A program made the translations under genes and the position numbers. Source: Podarcis cretensis (lineage: Eukaryota). Taken from it: a stretch of 64,000 nt of DNA. Positions 12,515-25,241 of this stretch are shown here, one piece after another (position 1 is the first letter of the stretch; every line of letters begins with the position of its first letter). Where the stretch lies: positions 59,086,001 to 59,150,000 of the forward strand of contig OX638152.1 in the NCBI GenBank assembly GCA_951804945.1, written 5' to 3'. Below the pieces are notes generated by a model. That model was not told the origin of the DNA. It searched no databases and saw nothing but the letters and a program-made list of their open reading frames with translations.

Positions 12515-12773
12515 TACACCTTATAACAATCTAATGCAATACAACAATGTGGTAATACATAGCTTTAAAATAGGCTATCTAAATCAAATAAAGTAACATT
12601 CAACAATCGTTAGAATAATATAGAATAATTATATCAGCATATAAAAATTAAACAGAAACCCACTCTTAACAATTACAATAAATAATTTTGAAACTGTAAT
12701 CAATAAAACAACGGCAAGCCACAATGCATAAAATAATAACCAGGCACTCCTGTCTGTACACACCACTGAAGTA

Positions 12774-13131
12774 GCTCATTTTTCCATGTATAAGATTATG
12801 TTCCTTGCTAATTTTAGTAAAAAAAAGGGGGGGTCATCTTATACAGGGACAGTAGTCTTACACACAGACGTTCGGCTTGGGCGGGCTGCAGTGCACGTTT
12901 GGCGGGGCGATTGGGGGCTGTGGTTTGCCCGCTCTGACAAAAATAGCTTAACAACTTTGAGGGCGATTCCACATGCCTTCCTAAATGCTACAGATTTCCA
13001 TCTGCTTGTAAGTTACAATGTCATGTGTGGTTTTGGCAACCCTAATTTAAAATATTGATTTGTTAATTTGGGGTTCAAAAAAATAAAGCTTGTCTTATGC
13101 ATGGGGGTTTCTTATACATTGGAAAATACGG
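12774..13131. mobile_element. Degenerate Tc2/pogo-type MITE
   Basis: Right end TCTTATACATTGGAAAATACGG|TA pairs with left end TA|GCTCATTTTTCCATGTATAAGA. Confidence 0.65.
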
Positions 13132-15086
13132 TAAGCTTCAGTGCTGCCAGTGTCAAGAGGCTGGCTTCATGGCTCCACACTAGATCCAGGGCGTCACATG
13201 GGACTGGGCCTCAGTGGTGTCAGCCTCCCCTCCTCCTTGCCTGCTCTCCAGCAGCCACTACAAGCTGCCCAAGGGAGAAGGCCAGTGGCAGCAGACATGG
13301 AGAGGCAAAAGGACACTCACTCACTCACAGACACTGCTCGGGACAAGTGGCAGCTCATCGTCTTTCTTGAGCTCGATAATGGCAGCATTGATGGGGAAAA
13401 TAGGGACATTATGGGATCAAATAAGAAGCTGGGATGGCTTTTGTAATTCCAGGATTGTCCCTGGACAACCGGGACACTGTCATTTTTATACAAAAACAAA
13501 ACAGTTTACAATTTAATGTTAGGAGTGCTATATTAATATATAAATTGAACAACAAGGGGCAAAGATCGCCCTGTTACAATCGTCATATAATCTAAATTGG
13601 ATCTATCACAAAACACCAACAATGTTGCATGTCATCAGCTACACCACTGAGCTCTGTGGTTTCTATTGATCATAAAGGCCTAGTAACTCCCTAGCCCCTC
13701 TCAGCTATTCAGAGAAGAGGTACTCCAAAAATGGACAGGGTATGGAGCTGAACCTGTCCCCATAACTGAGACCTCTGTCATCTCTTGACTTTCAGGCCTC
13801 ACCATTCTGCCCCTACAAGTATTGCTTGTGTTCACATAATATGAGTTTTAGTGGAGGGAGGGAGTGTGCAGCCAGAATAAAAATATATTACAGTTTGCAT
13901 AATTCATTTGATTTACAGAATTCATCAGGGCAGGTATTCAGACCTCCTGACCCTAAGCTTACCTGTATATTCCTTATGAATCTACAAAGGCATAGTGCAT
14001 GGAAACATCATGGTCAGCAGGAAATGAATGGTTTACAGTCAATCAGAAAACTAAGTAGCCTGGAAGTAAGCATGTAGACCCATGCCTAAGAAAGAGAGAG
14101 AGAGGCAGGTAGTCAAGTTAAAAATATACCATTCACAGCTCAGGTTTGTGTGATCTTAGAAGTTAAGTGAGTGCTTTGATTAGCTAATCCCAAATTCATT
14201 GATTTAGAAAACTGCCTTACAGATTCACGTGAAGGAGATGAGAATATGTACCAAATAGGTGAGAATGTACATTTTCCATGCAGTTTACATTCTTGTGGGG
14301 TTCAGAAGGGTCTTTGGTCATTTGTCTGTTCTTGTACAAAAGGTAATGCCCCCATTTATTTCATTCTATGAGCTAGATCGGCTATATCCTGAAAATTACT
14401 AGCTGCAGAGGTTATGTTTCTTCTCTGTAGCTGGTATTTCTTCCACTAAAAGAGCCATTATTGTGAGCTAACTATGAGAAAGAGAGAGAGATGGAGTTTC
14501 CTTTTCTATTCTTGTCAGCTTAGAATTGTTTGTATTAAAACATTTTGAGGCATCAGCAAATGCTCCTTTGCTTCTGAGCCATGGGAGTCAATCAGCATTC
14601 ATGGCATGGGCAGGAACAAATGCTGCGGTCTCTATGCTGCGAGGTCTGTAGGAACAAAATAATCTTGTAACCTCTCACCCTTTCACTGCTTTATCATTAC
14701 AGAGTTGCTTTGCTGGTGGGATGGCGATTTACTGGTTGAAGGGAAATGGCCCATATGATAAGGCAGTAAGCAGTCTAACTCCATCTAAGGTCACGGTAAT
14801 CTTCTTACTATCACCATCATTCTGAATGGGGTTAATGTGTGGTTGCCGAATGCCAAGACAGGGTGAACCTTGGCACAAAGTGTGAGACAGTGAGGAATAT
14901 TTGAGTTAAGCAATGGGCCAAAACCAAAGCAGCAAATTTCAAAGTTGCTTTGTTGCACATACGTATGTTACTACCATGACATCTGATTTTAAAAAAGGTT
15001 TTGCTTGCAGTTTCATTTACCCAAGTGATATGGTTGCACCAAACTGAAATGCACCTGGAAATGGGTTCGATTTCTTTATACCAGTG

Positions 15087-15222
15087 CAGGCATAGGCAAA
15101 CTCTGGCCCTCCAAATGTTTGGGACTACAATTGCCATCATCCCTGACCACTGGTTCTGTTAGCCAGGGGTGATGGGAATTGTAGTCCCAAACATCTGGAG
15201 GGCCATAGTTTGCCTATGCCTG
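15087..15222. mobile_element. hAT MITE (about 136 bp, palindromic)
   Basis: TIRs CAGGCATAGGCAAACT...AGTTTGCCTATGCCTG and a perfect 8-bp TSD TACCAGTG. Confidence 0.93.
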
Positions 15223-15711
15223 TACCAGTGCCTCCAGTAGCAGTCAGTGGAGTGGCTAGAGTGCATTGCTCACCTGGGTTCCCAATATCATGTGGTGCTG
15301 GTGGTTACTGTCAGGGGAAGAGGTGAAGCCATTTGATGCTCCCACTCCTGTGCCTGCAATGCACCAAGCTCACCCCATTCCTTACCCTCTCAGTAACCAG
15401 CAGCAATGTACAGCATTATGAAGCCAGGTGATCAATGCCACCTCACCTGTATGACCCCTTTGAGTGCTGCTGAGTGCTTTGCTTCTGAGTGATTACACAC
15501 GGGCACAATCCTCTCTCATGCAAGGGCACAGTGCTCGCGTGTGGAAATATCCCCACGAGGAACAAAAGGGATCCTCTTTTCCTTACCTCTCACTTCAGTG
15601 CAGATACCTGGGTGCATATGGAACCAGCGAGTGCTGCAGGGAATATAGAAGGGTCCATGCATGCCTGACAGCACTGCCCTATCCAGTGCCCTCCTCCCCC
15701 AGTCTAGTGTC

Positions 15712-15908
15712 CACCCCCACCATTCAGCCCAGACACTGAGGTCCAGCTCCGAGGGCCTTCTGGCAGTTCCCTCACTGTGAGAAGTGAGGTTACAGGGAAC
15801 CAGGCAGAGGGCCTTCTCAGTAGCAGCGCCCACCCTGTGGAATGCCCTCTCATCAGATGTCAAGGAAATAAACAACTATCTGACTTTTAGAAGACATCTG
15901 AAGGCAGG
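15712..15908 (+). mobile_element. L2 LINE 3' fragment
   Basis: Encodes RLQGTRQRAFSVAAPTLWNAL and is closely similar to 23735-23920. Confidence 0.8.
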
Positions 15909-15929
15909 CCTATTCTGTTGGGAGCCACA

Positions 15930-15971
15930 TTCATTCATTCATTCATTCATTCATTCATTCATTCATTCATT
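15930..15971 (+). repeat. (TTCA)n microsatellite
   Basis: About 10 tandem copies. Confidence 0.95.
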
Positions 15972-15987
15972 ATTTTATAGTCAATGT

Positions 15988-16365
15988 TGGGCTTGGGGAA
16001 GAAATTCAATCAGTATGCACCTTCAGGCAAACCCACCCAATACTTTCTGAACTGAGCCATAGCTCTCTGAAATTTGCGCTTCTCCAAATCTTGTGATGTA
16101 GTTCTTTGACCGAAAAGGTTCACACAAATGGCATATATCAGTGGAAATAGCGTACAAAACTTCATTATATTATAGGAAATTTTCTTGCAGAAGTGCATAC
16201 ATTAGGTCAAATTATGTACAAAAATGCAAATAGTAGAAATCTGCAGAAAAATGTATAGTGCAGATTTTTAAAGGAGCATTCACGAATTGAGGCAGAAAGC
16301 GGAACCTAAGATCAGAAAAGTGAGAAATGGAGAGAAACTGACATTGGCAGGCTCGCCCATCCCTA
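15988..16365. mobile_element. Old hAT-like non-autonomous element
   Basis: Ends CCCATCCCTA and is flanked by GTCAATGT / GTCAAGGT (7/8 match, 8-bp TSD). Confidence 0.6.
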
Positions 16366-17381
16366 GTCAAGGTAATCAAGAGCAGACTCTGCAGTAATTT
16401 CCAGCATATAGTGAGGGAGGCCCAGTTGGCAGTATAGGAGGTGTGTACAGGTCTTACATTCCCTGCAGTGTTCTTCATTTGTCTATATGCATGTACTGAG
16501 GGCAGGGAAGACAGAAGATGCTATCGAGCCCCTATGAGGACTCAATGGCACGGGGAAGGATCACACGCTTGTGATAGCAGGCAAAAGCTGGATTCTTTCC
16601 CAAACACTCCCACTGTAAAGCGTCCCTCCTAATAACACACTATCACAAGTGCCACAAAGCTGGTCTTACAATGCTCCTGGAAACTAATGAGATCCTTGAT
16701 GAGAAGCGGATTGTGCTTAAGTGTTAACTTTAAATATTCATTAGGGAAAGTGGTGTGCTGACAAATCCAATATTGTTCAGCTCCTCGCCCTTCTCGTGGC
16801 GTAGTGGCATTAAGTGACATAGGACACCGCCGCTGTGGAAGGCGGCTCTCTCGTCGCTCGTGTGCTTCCCACAGCAGCTGAGAAAAATTAACCTTCCATT
16901 CTTGCCATTACCACTCAAGCTGTGAATATTTAATAAGGACAAATCCCCTTTCCTTCTTTGTGTTTATTAAACCAATTACTTACTTTTAGTCATTGTTAAT
17001 GGCTGAGCTGTAATGTGTGCCTAACGAACTTGGAAACAAGCAACAGGCCTGCAACAGAAGGCTGTGAATCACAGGCTACTTGTGGCAATACAGTTAAAAA
17101 TCAAGCTGGCTTAGCCCCATTAAAATCAATAGAACTGAGCCAGCTTGAGAGCAGATACGGCAGCGTAGTTAGCATTGTATTTTTTTTTTAATGTACTATG
17201 CACATCTCCATTTATTATTGCACACATCAATACATTTTAATAATGAATCATTTGATGTTGTGAAGGAAAAGCACTAGGCAAGTTGAAGACAACTTGTTTC
17301 AGGGATTAGATGCACGTGCTAAGTATCTGATCCATTGCATTCAATACTAGTATAAATAAATACAAAGAAGGAAGGCTAGAG

Positions 17382-17515
17382 CAGGCACAGGCAAACTCGG
17401 CCCACCAGATGTTTTGGGACTACAACTCCCACCATCCCTGACCACTGGTCCTGTTAGCTAGGGATGATGGGAGTCGTAGTCCCAACATCTGGAGGGCAGA
17501 GTTTGCCTATGCCTG
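17382..17515. mobile_element. hAT MITE
   Basis: TIRs CAGGCACAGGCAAACT / AGTTTGCCTATGCCTG, with TSD GGCTAGAG / GGCTACAG. Confidence 0.9.
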
Positions 17516-17626
17516 GGCTACAGTGTTCAGTTTCTGTAGAACAACAAGCCCCACCCCAACTTGTATAGCAGTAGTGGAGGAGGGGGTTTGCTTCCACTCC
17601 TTTGAAGCACAAGGAAGCATCTACAC

Positions 17627-17847
17627 CAGGGTTTCTCAAAATTAAGTCTTCAGTTGGACTACAACTCCCATCACCCCCAGCTAGCAGGACCAGTGATGGG
17701 AATTGTAGCTCCAAAACAGCTGGATACCCAAGTTTCAGAAACCATTATCTACACCAGGCATCCCCAACCTTTGGCCCTCCAGATGTTTTGGCCTACAACT
17801 CCCATGATCCCTAGCTAACAGGACCAGTGTCGGGGATAATGGGAATC
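17627..17847. mobile_element. Two adjacent hAT MITEs (17627-17746, and 17755 to about 17847, truncated)
   Basis: ATCTACAC at 17619-26 and 17747-54 brackets the first element and directly precedes the second (CAGGCATCCCCAACC). Confidence 0.8.
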
Positions 17848-18419
17848 TAAGTGATTTCAGTGAAATGAGAGTGGCTGTGGTGTGGCATGGCTATTTTGTA
17901 TATTTTTCCTGTTATACAGTAACAGCATAAATGTGGGATGTGTGTGTGTGTGCGTGCACCAAGTCAATATTGTGTCACCTCCACAACTGAGACCAGCAGG
18001 ACATAGCTAACTTCCCATGGTAAGCATAAGGCTGTTGGGAGCCACAGTAAGAAGACTGCTTTAAGCAATGGGTGGTAAACTCAATGGGTGGTAAACCATC
18101 TTCCTCACCCGCCAACAGCAGGAGGCAGAGTATTGTCTACTTCAGGCCTTCCAGGTGTTGTTGGACTCCAACTCCCACCAGCCCCAGCCAACATGGCCAA
18201 CTTTCACAGATAATGAGACTTGTTGTCTAGCAACATCTGGAAGGCCACAGGTTCCCCACTGCTGGTCTACTTTATAAAATGATGGTGCTGGGCCTTTAAC
18301 TCTGCACTTAGTTCTAGATACCTTTAGAATCTGACTGGTGCTACTCAGGGAGAAGAAAGGGGCACTTTTGTCTATTACTATCCCACAAGCTCCAGAGTTA
18401 CACAAGAACTTGCATTTGA

Positions 18420-18750
18420 GCCACATTCGCACCACACATTTAAAACATGACGATAGCATTTTAAACAGTCATGGCTTCCCCCAAAGAATTATGGGAGCTA
18501 TGGTTTGTTAAGAATGCTGAGAGTTGCTTGGAGGGTCAATATTCCCTTCACAGAGCTACAATTCCCAGAGTTCCCAATGAAGAGGGAATGATTGTTAAAC
18601 CACTCTGAAAACTGTAGTTCTGTGCGGGGAACGGGTTCTTCTTACAGGTCTCTGCCCCTTTAATGAACTAAAAAAACCCAGGATTCTTTGGGGAAGTCTG
18701 TGACTGTTTATCATAGTCTGTGGTATCAGAGAGTATGATGTGAATGTGAC
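18420..18750. mobile_element. Long palindromic MITE, possibly Harbinger-like
   Basis: Imperfect fold-back: CCACATTC/GAATGTGAC, TAAACAGTCA..CTTCCCCCAAAGAAT / ATTCTTTGGGGAAG..TGACTGTTTA, CACAGAGCTACA / TGTAGTTCTGTG. Confidence 0.65.
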
Positions 18751-18864
18751 ATAAGCTTCAGGATTGAACTGTATGAACTACATGCAGGAAGTGAGAGCCA
18801 GAAAGTGAAAGAATACTACTGGTTTCCTTGTTCCTCTCATAAGGACATTGTGGGGAACAACAGA

Positions 18865-18950
18865 GGAGAAGAAGAAGAAGAAGAAGAAGAAGAAGAAGAG
18901 GAGGAGGAGGAGGAGGAGGAGGAGGAGGAGGAGGAGGAGGAGGAGGAGGA
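18865..18950 (+). repeat. (GAA)n(GAG)n compound microsatellite forming the SINE tail
   Basis: Read directly. It abuts the 3' end of the minus-strand SINE. Confidence 0.95.
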
Positions 18951-19187
18951 GTTTGGATTTGATATCCCACTTTATCACTACCCGAAGGAGTCTCAAAGCG
19001 GCGAACATTCTCCTTTCCCTTCCTCCCCCACAGCAAACACTCTGTGAGGTGAGTGAGGCTGAGAGACTTCAGAGAAGTGTGACTAGCCCAAGGTCACCCA
19101 GCAGCTGCATGTGGACAAGCGGGGAAGCGAACCCGGTTCACCAGATTACGAGTCTACCACTCTTAACCACTACACCACACTGACTCT
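18951..19187 (-). mobile_element. tRNA-derived CORE-type SINE (Squam3/MIR-like)
   Basis: Minus strand has A box TGGTGTAGTGGTTAAG, B box GGGTTCGCTTCCC, CORE-like GTGACCTTGGGC, and an L2-like tail. Confidence 0.85.
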
Positions 19188-20656
19188 CAGTGAGAGGTGA
19201 TGCTGGGTAACTGGCTGCAACAGGCAAGCGGGAACGGGTGGGGGATACCCTTCCCTCCTGAAATACAGCAAGGCACTCCTGCATGCCTCTATGACAGGAC
19301 TCTGAGAAGAGCTGTTTCAAATTCTGTTAATGTCCAAGCGGAATGTTTCCTTTTTAACATGCTTGTCACTCACATCCACTCACATGCCTCGATTCTTGAA
19401 CATATCCTTGTTAGTGAGAACAGATGGTTTCAGTTTCAGTAGACAAACCTCTCAAGTTTGTCAGAATTGCTGTTCAGATTCCAAGATAATTTGCTTAAAT
19501 TGGAGCCTAAGCCACTGTGCCCTTGTGATGTCATTCCATCTTCCACCTTTCTTTAACGCCGCCTGACAGAACGAAAGAAAGAACAGCTTACCCCCGCAGA
19601 TGCCGCCAATCACCGAACATTAGTTGGCCATTTGCAGTAGGTAGTTAATTAATTCCTATGCTTTCTAATTATATTCAGTGTAACAGAAGGGAAACTTGGT
19701 TCTGAAAACGAAGCTTGCTTGCACACACTCTTGGATTTGAAAGATCTTGAGTACGCCATGCATTAAAAATTCACATTCACATTCTGCTCAGAACCTGTTC
19801 CAGCAAGGTCAGGTGTAGCCCCGTTCCTGTTTGTATGACAGTTGAATTATACTTTAAAATAAACATTAACACAAAGAAGAATTGAAAGGGGAGGACTCTC
19901 AGCTTCCAGACTCCAGGTTCCTAATTAAAATCAGAATGTTTGTAAAATGACAAGTGGAGAGGGGGAGGGTTTGAGAGGAACTGCTAGAAAATAATTACAG
20001 TATTATATGCGATTTCTCATTAAAGCTTCAGCAATGTTTTGAATGAAAGCCACACCAGACAATCTGTTTAGGGAAACATAACACTGTTGAGCATTAATCC
20101 CAGTGAAAAACTGCTCTGCTTTCAAGGCTCTTAGCTGTCCTCAGCAGTGAAAAGGGTGGATGTGCCAAAGAACGAATAGCTGAGTCTGTAGAAATCCATT
20201 TTTGACCTCTGGGAGAAAATATCTCTCCTTTCCACAGGATGATTATGCTTCTTCATTGAACCTGGAAACCATTGGCAAATGACAGATTATTACTAATCTC
20301 ACTAATGACTAACAGGTTTTTAAGAATACAATGCTTCAAGTATTCACACGGAGTCTGCATCTCTCCACCACCACCCCTTAAAAACAAAGGCTTGGGGAAA
20401 CAACAGTCAACATACATAACACAGATGTCTTGATTTGCACCTGCAGATGGTATTACCAATGTATTTGTAATGCTGTGTCTTTAAAAAAAGAAAATCTTTC
20501 TGCCCTAAAGTTTTCCTCAGGCCCAGTGTAGTGGAAAAGATAGCCTTGATCAAACAACACAAGATCAAAGAGGTGTTCTGCTGTAAGCAATCAGTCTAAA
20601 TTGAGTACAACTATCTGGCTGATGGAAATTATTTGGAGCCGGCTATGAGAAAGAGA

Positions 20657-21001
20657 GGGGACGCGGGTGGCGCTGTGGGTTAAACCACAGAGCCTAGGAC
20701 TTGCCGATCAGAAGGTCGGCAGTTCGAATCCCTGCAATGGGGTGAGCTCCCATTGCTCGGTCCCAGCTCCTGCCAACCTAGCAGTTCGAAAGCATGTCAA
20801 AGTGCAAGTAGATAAATCTGGTGGGAAGGTAAACGGTGTTTCCATGTGTTGCTCTGGTTCACCAGAAGCGGCTTAGTCGTGCTGGCCACATGACCCGGAA
20901 GCTGTACACCGGCTCCCTCGACCAATAAAGCAAGATGAACGCCGCAACCCCAGAGTCAGCCACGACTGGACCTAATGGTCAGGGGTTCCTTTGCCTTTAC
21001 T
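20657..21001 (+). mobile_element. Sauria SINE
   Basis: GGGACGCGGGTGGCGCTGTGGG head, with TSD TATGAGAAAGAGA (20644-56 and 21002-14). Confidence 0.95.
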
Positions 21002-21847
21002 TATGAGAAAGAGATGTTTTCTTTCTTTAAGGTTTGATTTGGTTTGTTTTCCACTTCTTGGCATCCTTCATGGACAACTGATGTATATAATGCCCATGTG
21101 AGAATCTGCTTTCTAAAAAAATAAAACAAAACAAAACTTCATTTCATGTCTTGGGTTTTATCCAATTGGTGTCCTCCAATGACTGAAGATGACTGATCCA
21201 GGAGATGTTTCTGCCATTGAAAGAGGAAAGGAGAAAGGTTATGGTGGTGGTCCCTTCACCCCTCTAGCCCCCACATGACTCCAAAACCTGTTTTAGGCAG
21301 ATGGACCATTTGAAATACCAGGGGAGGTAGCATGATGGGACTGCAGGAAACAGTAGGGATAATCACCAAGAATCACCTCCCTCTACTGATGGAAGCCTCC
21401 ACTAGGAGTCAAAGAGCTTTTCATTGCCAGAGGGATACCTCCAGTTATTTTTAATATTATATAGGAGTTTCAGTTTTTACTAGTGTTGTGTCCAAAAAGT
21501 AAGGAAATACATACCTATTTGGGGAAAATTCAGAAATTATTTTGGAATTGTGAATGTTATGGTGCAACTTATTACACTATTAGCTATTTTTAAAAATCAG
21601 TAGTACAAATGTTGTGATAACTAGATAGTGTTACAATATTATTTTAAAAAATCTCAGTGTTATTTTAGGCTGCATTAATAGAACTAGTTTCCAAGGGCTG
21701 CTCCAGATATCTTTTTTAATTGCATGTCCATGACTATTTATGCTCATGATGCTATTGGGGTAGTCACATGCAATTCCACTTTCAATATTGGTAGGACCTG
21801 CAAAATTTTGGGGACCGGCGTACTGCTTCATTTCCAACCATTTTAAC

Positions 21848-22109
21848 TTACGAATGTAAGAAAAGCCCTGCTGGATCAGGCCAAAGACTCATTTAGTCCT
21901 GCATCCTGTTCCCACAGTAGCCAACCAAATGCTTACCAAAAGCTTTCAAACAGGACTTGAGGACAATAGTGCTCTCTGGTATTCACTTGAGGACTTGAGG
22001 ACTTGAGGACAATAGTGCTCTCTTAGCAGCTGGTATTCAGAAGCACATTGGCTTTTGAGGTTGTAGCCATCATGGCTAGCAATCATTGGTAGCCTTATCT
22101 GCCATGAAG
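21848..22109 (-). mobile_element. CR1 LINE 3' UTR fragment
   Basis: Similar in reverse to 41045-41255 and 45415-45603 (…gatccagcagg…cttatg terminus). Confidence 0.6.
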
Positions 22110-23574
22110 ATTAATGTGGTGAATACGAACACAGTGTTAATTGCTAGAAGTAGAAATGTGATGCATAACCTGAATGCATAATCTGTAGTTAGAGCCGTGA
22201 GCTCTGGGTCCAGATCTCACTTCTTCCATGAAGCTCACTGGGTGACCTTGAGCTACTTCATGGATCTGTAGTGATGGTGGGGCAAAGCTTTGTTTACTAC
22301 CTGGAGCTCTAGTAGAAGGGTAAGGTAAAAATGTAATGAATTAATAATAAGCTGAGTTGGAGCATAAAATACAAATAGGAAACAACTGGTGAAACATTAA
22401 GCATGAACATATGCCACACAGGAAATTTACGCCAACAGGAATACCATCCACAACCCTTGTTCGCATTTGAGAAACACATCCAAGGTTTGTTCATAGATTT
22501 TAATTTTGTAGCCTCTCACTTTAATTACAGTCTAATTTCTCTCTCTTGCTCTTTTTATATATAGCATCCCTAAGGTTAGAGATTGTGACTCCAGGGAGAA
22601 TGAAATGCTCTGGGAATCAGTGAAGCAGTAAATAATTGACTCATCTCGAACTTGGTTTAGGTCTGCACTAGATCTCTGGCCACAAACATGATAAGTATAT
22701 TGTACAGAAGATGAGTTTTTATTTAAAAGGCTCTCAATTTTCTTACTCCAGCTACTGCCTCAGTGGTAGGTAGACATAAAAAGTGGAGATTTTTCTCTTT
22801 AATGATGGAGAGAATGATTGTCTTCTGCATTTTTATGGATCTGTTGTTGACTCAAACATCAACAGAGGAGAGTATAAAACCATTTACAAAATATCATTGC
22901 TTTGGGACGGTATGCATTTTGAAGTTTTTCCTGTGGTGAGAATGATTGTAATTTATACATACTTTGAAAAGAATTGCAATTTGCTTTTATCATAGGTTTC
23001 AAGCAGCTTCTCACTTTCCCTACCGTGTGTCAAAAACCAGAATGGCTAGCCATCAAATAAGAAAAATATCAAGTATATTTTCAAGCTTCTATCTATACGA
23101 CTTCTATAATGCAACTTGATGACAACGTACATATTAAAAAATCGTATTAATAAAACATAAAATACACATCAAGAATTAAAAGGGGGGTAATAAACTAGCT
23201 GAAAACTCAATTCAAGTAGGACAATCCTCAAAATTTGTGCAAAGATGGATATTAAGATCCACAGGTCAGTTGGGTCAATGACTTCCATAAATACTGGGCA
23301 GTAGCAGCCGGTGGAGCAGAGTATTTAGAGCAGCGCTGCTTACCTGGCTCCCCAGTGCAGAGGTCACTGCCATTAAGAGAAGGGAGTGGCAAGTCGAAGG
23401 GCAGGGTGGTGTGGGCACCACATTGGTCCCCTCGCTGTATCTACACCACACCAACTGCCTCCTCCCCCTCTCAGTTACTGGTAGCTATCGCTGCACTGGG
23501 AAACAAAGTAAGCAACGCCACGCTATTCCACCCCAGTCTGATGCTAAGACCACCAAAAAGGCCTTGCTGTACAC

Positions 23575-24020
23575 CAGCTAGACTGCTGACTGGGAGTTAC
23601 CACCGAGACCACATAACACCGGTCCTGAGAGACCTACATTGGCTCCCAGTACGTTTCTGAGCACAATTCAAAGTGTTGGTGTTGACCTTTAAAGCCCTAA
23701 ACAGCCTCAGTCCAGTATACCTGAAGGAGCGTCTCCACCCCCATCATTCAGCCTGCACACTGAGGTCCAGCGCCGAGGGCCTTCTGGTGGTTCCCTCACT
23801 TCAGGAAGTGAGGTTACAGGGAACCAGGCAGGGGGCCTTCTCGGTAGTGGCGCCCACCCTATGGAACGCCCTCCTATCAGATGTCAAGGAAATAAGCAAC
23901 TATCTGACTTTTAGAAGGCAGCCCTGTTTAAGGAAGTTTTTTATGTTTGATGTTTTATCAGTTTTTTATTATTATTAATATTCTGCTGGGTTCCACAGAT
24001 GGGCGGGGTATAAATAAGAA

Positions 24021-24066
<46 letters not shown>
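23575..24066 (+). mobile_element. L2 LINE 3' end with (ATT)n tail
   Basis: Encodes ARLLTG...DHITPVLRDLHWLPVRF and VLTFKALN...AFSVVAPTLWNAL. (ATT)n tail at 24021-24066. Confidence 0.9.
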
Positions 24067-24067
<1 letters not shown>

Positions 24068-24099
24068 TCTCTCACACACACACATGGGCCTCCCTCCCT

Positions 24100-24510
24100 G
24101 ATCTTTTTTCTTTTACTGTTTTATTTGTTTTCATGATACAGAAGTTAATTTTCGAGAAAACAATTGTTACAATGGTAAACAAGTAACTTGTCCTGATAAA
24201 ATTACAGACTTTTACCATGCCATGTGTTGAAGTTTCATTTGATTACTCAAAGAGATCCCATGAGTGCTGGGTGGTTTCCTGCCACAGTCTGAACAATTTA
24301 CATATTCAATAAACATTTGCCATATGTCATAAAAGGAATATGGATTGTGTTTGCCCTTTGCCTCTCTCACCTGACATGTTAATTTCTCAGCCAATGCTAT
24401 TGACCATACTCTGTTATACCAAGAATCAATGTTCAGCCCACCAGTGGTTTTCCAACATCTGGCTATCTCCATACAAGCAGCAGTCAATAGAAAAGCTAAG
24501 AGGATAATCA
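24100..24510 (-). mobile_element. Decayed L1 3' fragment
   Basis: 'LLTAACMEIARCWK...WYNRVWSIALAEKLT...W' aligns by eye with the C-terminus of ORF 423-1457 ('LLSAARNTITRHWR...WYQIVWETALLEKLT'). Confidence 0.8.
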
Positions 24511-25023
24511 TGAGCAGACGGATCCTAAGTCCAAGTAGTGGTAGTGCAGGGAGCATTTAAAGTGTTCCTTACTGTTCTTAAAAGGTGGGTAAGCTAATGT
24601 GGATTTGGCATTTATGGCTGATTTGCACCAGTTTGATCAGGAGTCACTTTCTATAGCTTAAGCAATATCCCTTTCCTACCAATGATTTCCTATATAAAAC
24701 CAGTGTCTCTCTCTTTCACACTCACCCATTCCAGCATCCAGCTCGGAGTAAATAGTTCCCTTCCCTTAAGAGAGAACTGTCACAAATATCACATCATATT
24801 TTACTGAGTATAGGTTATTAGGTCCACAAATTTTGCATTCCTCTCCTGTCACTTCCATGACTAATAACCAAGTTCATTTTGAGATAAAGCTTTTCTGCAG
24901 CCATGTGAGAGATTTGCCGCATCTACAAGTATAATTTATAAATTTCCACTTAAATCTAAAAGGAGTGTTGACTTCCTGATAATCAGATTCCTTACAAATG
25001 GAGTTCCTCTCATGTTTCCTTTA

Positions 25024-25241
25024 CAGTGGTACCTCGGGTTACATACGCTTCAGGTTACAGACTCTGCTAACCCAGAAATAGTACCTTGGGTTAAGAAATT
25101 TGCTTCAGGATGAGAACAGAAATTGTGCGGCAGCAGCAGCGGGAGGCCCCATTAGCTAAAGTGGTGCTTCAGGTTAAGAACAGTTTCAGGTTAAGAATGG
25201 ACCTCCAGAATGAATTAAGTACTTAACCTGAGGTACCACTG
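25024..25241 (+). mobile_element. Tigger/pogo-like MITE, copy 2
   Basis: Same TIRs as copy 1, with a TA TSD. Confidence 0.92.

Noticed and set aside
18758-19183. ORFs with poly-E, poly-K/R, poly-P and poly-L runs
   Set aside because: They are translations of the (GAA)n(GAG)n microsatellite and the adjacent SINE.
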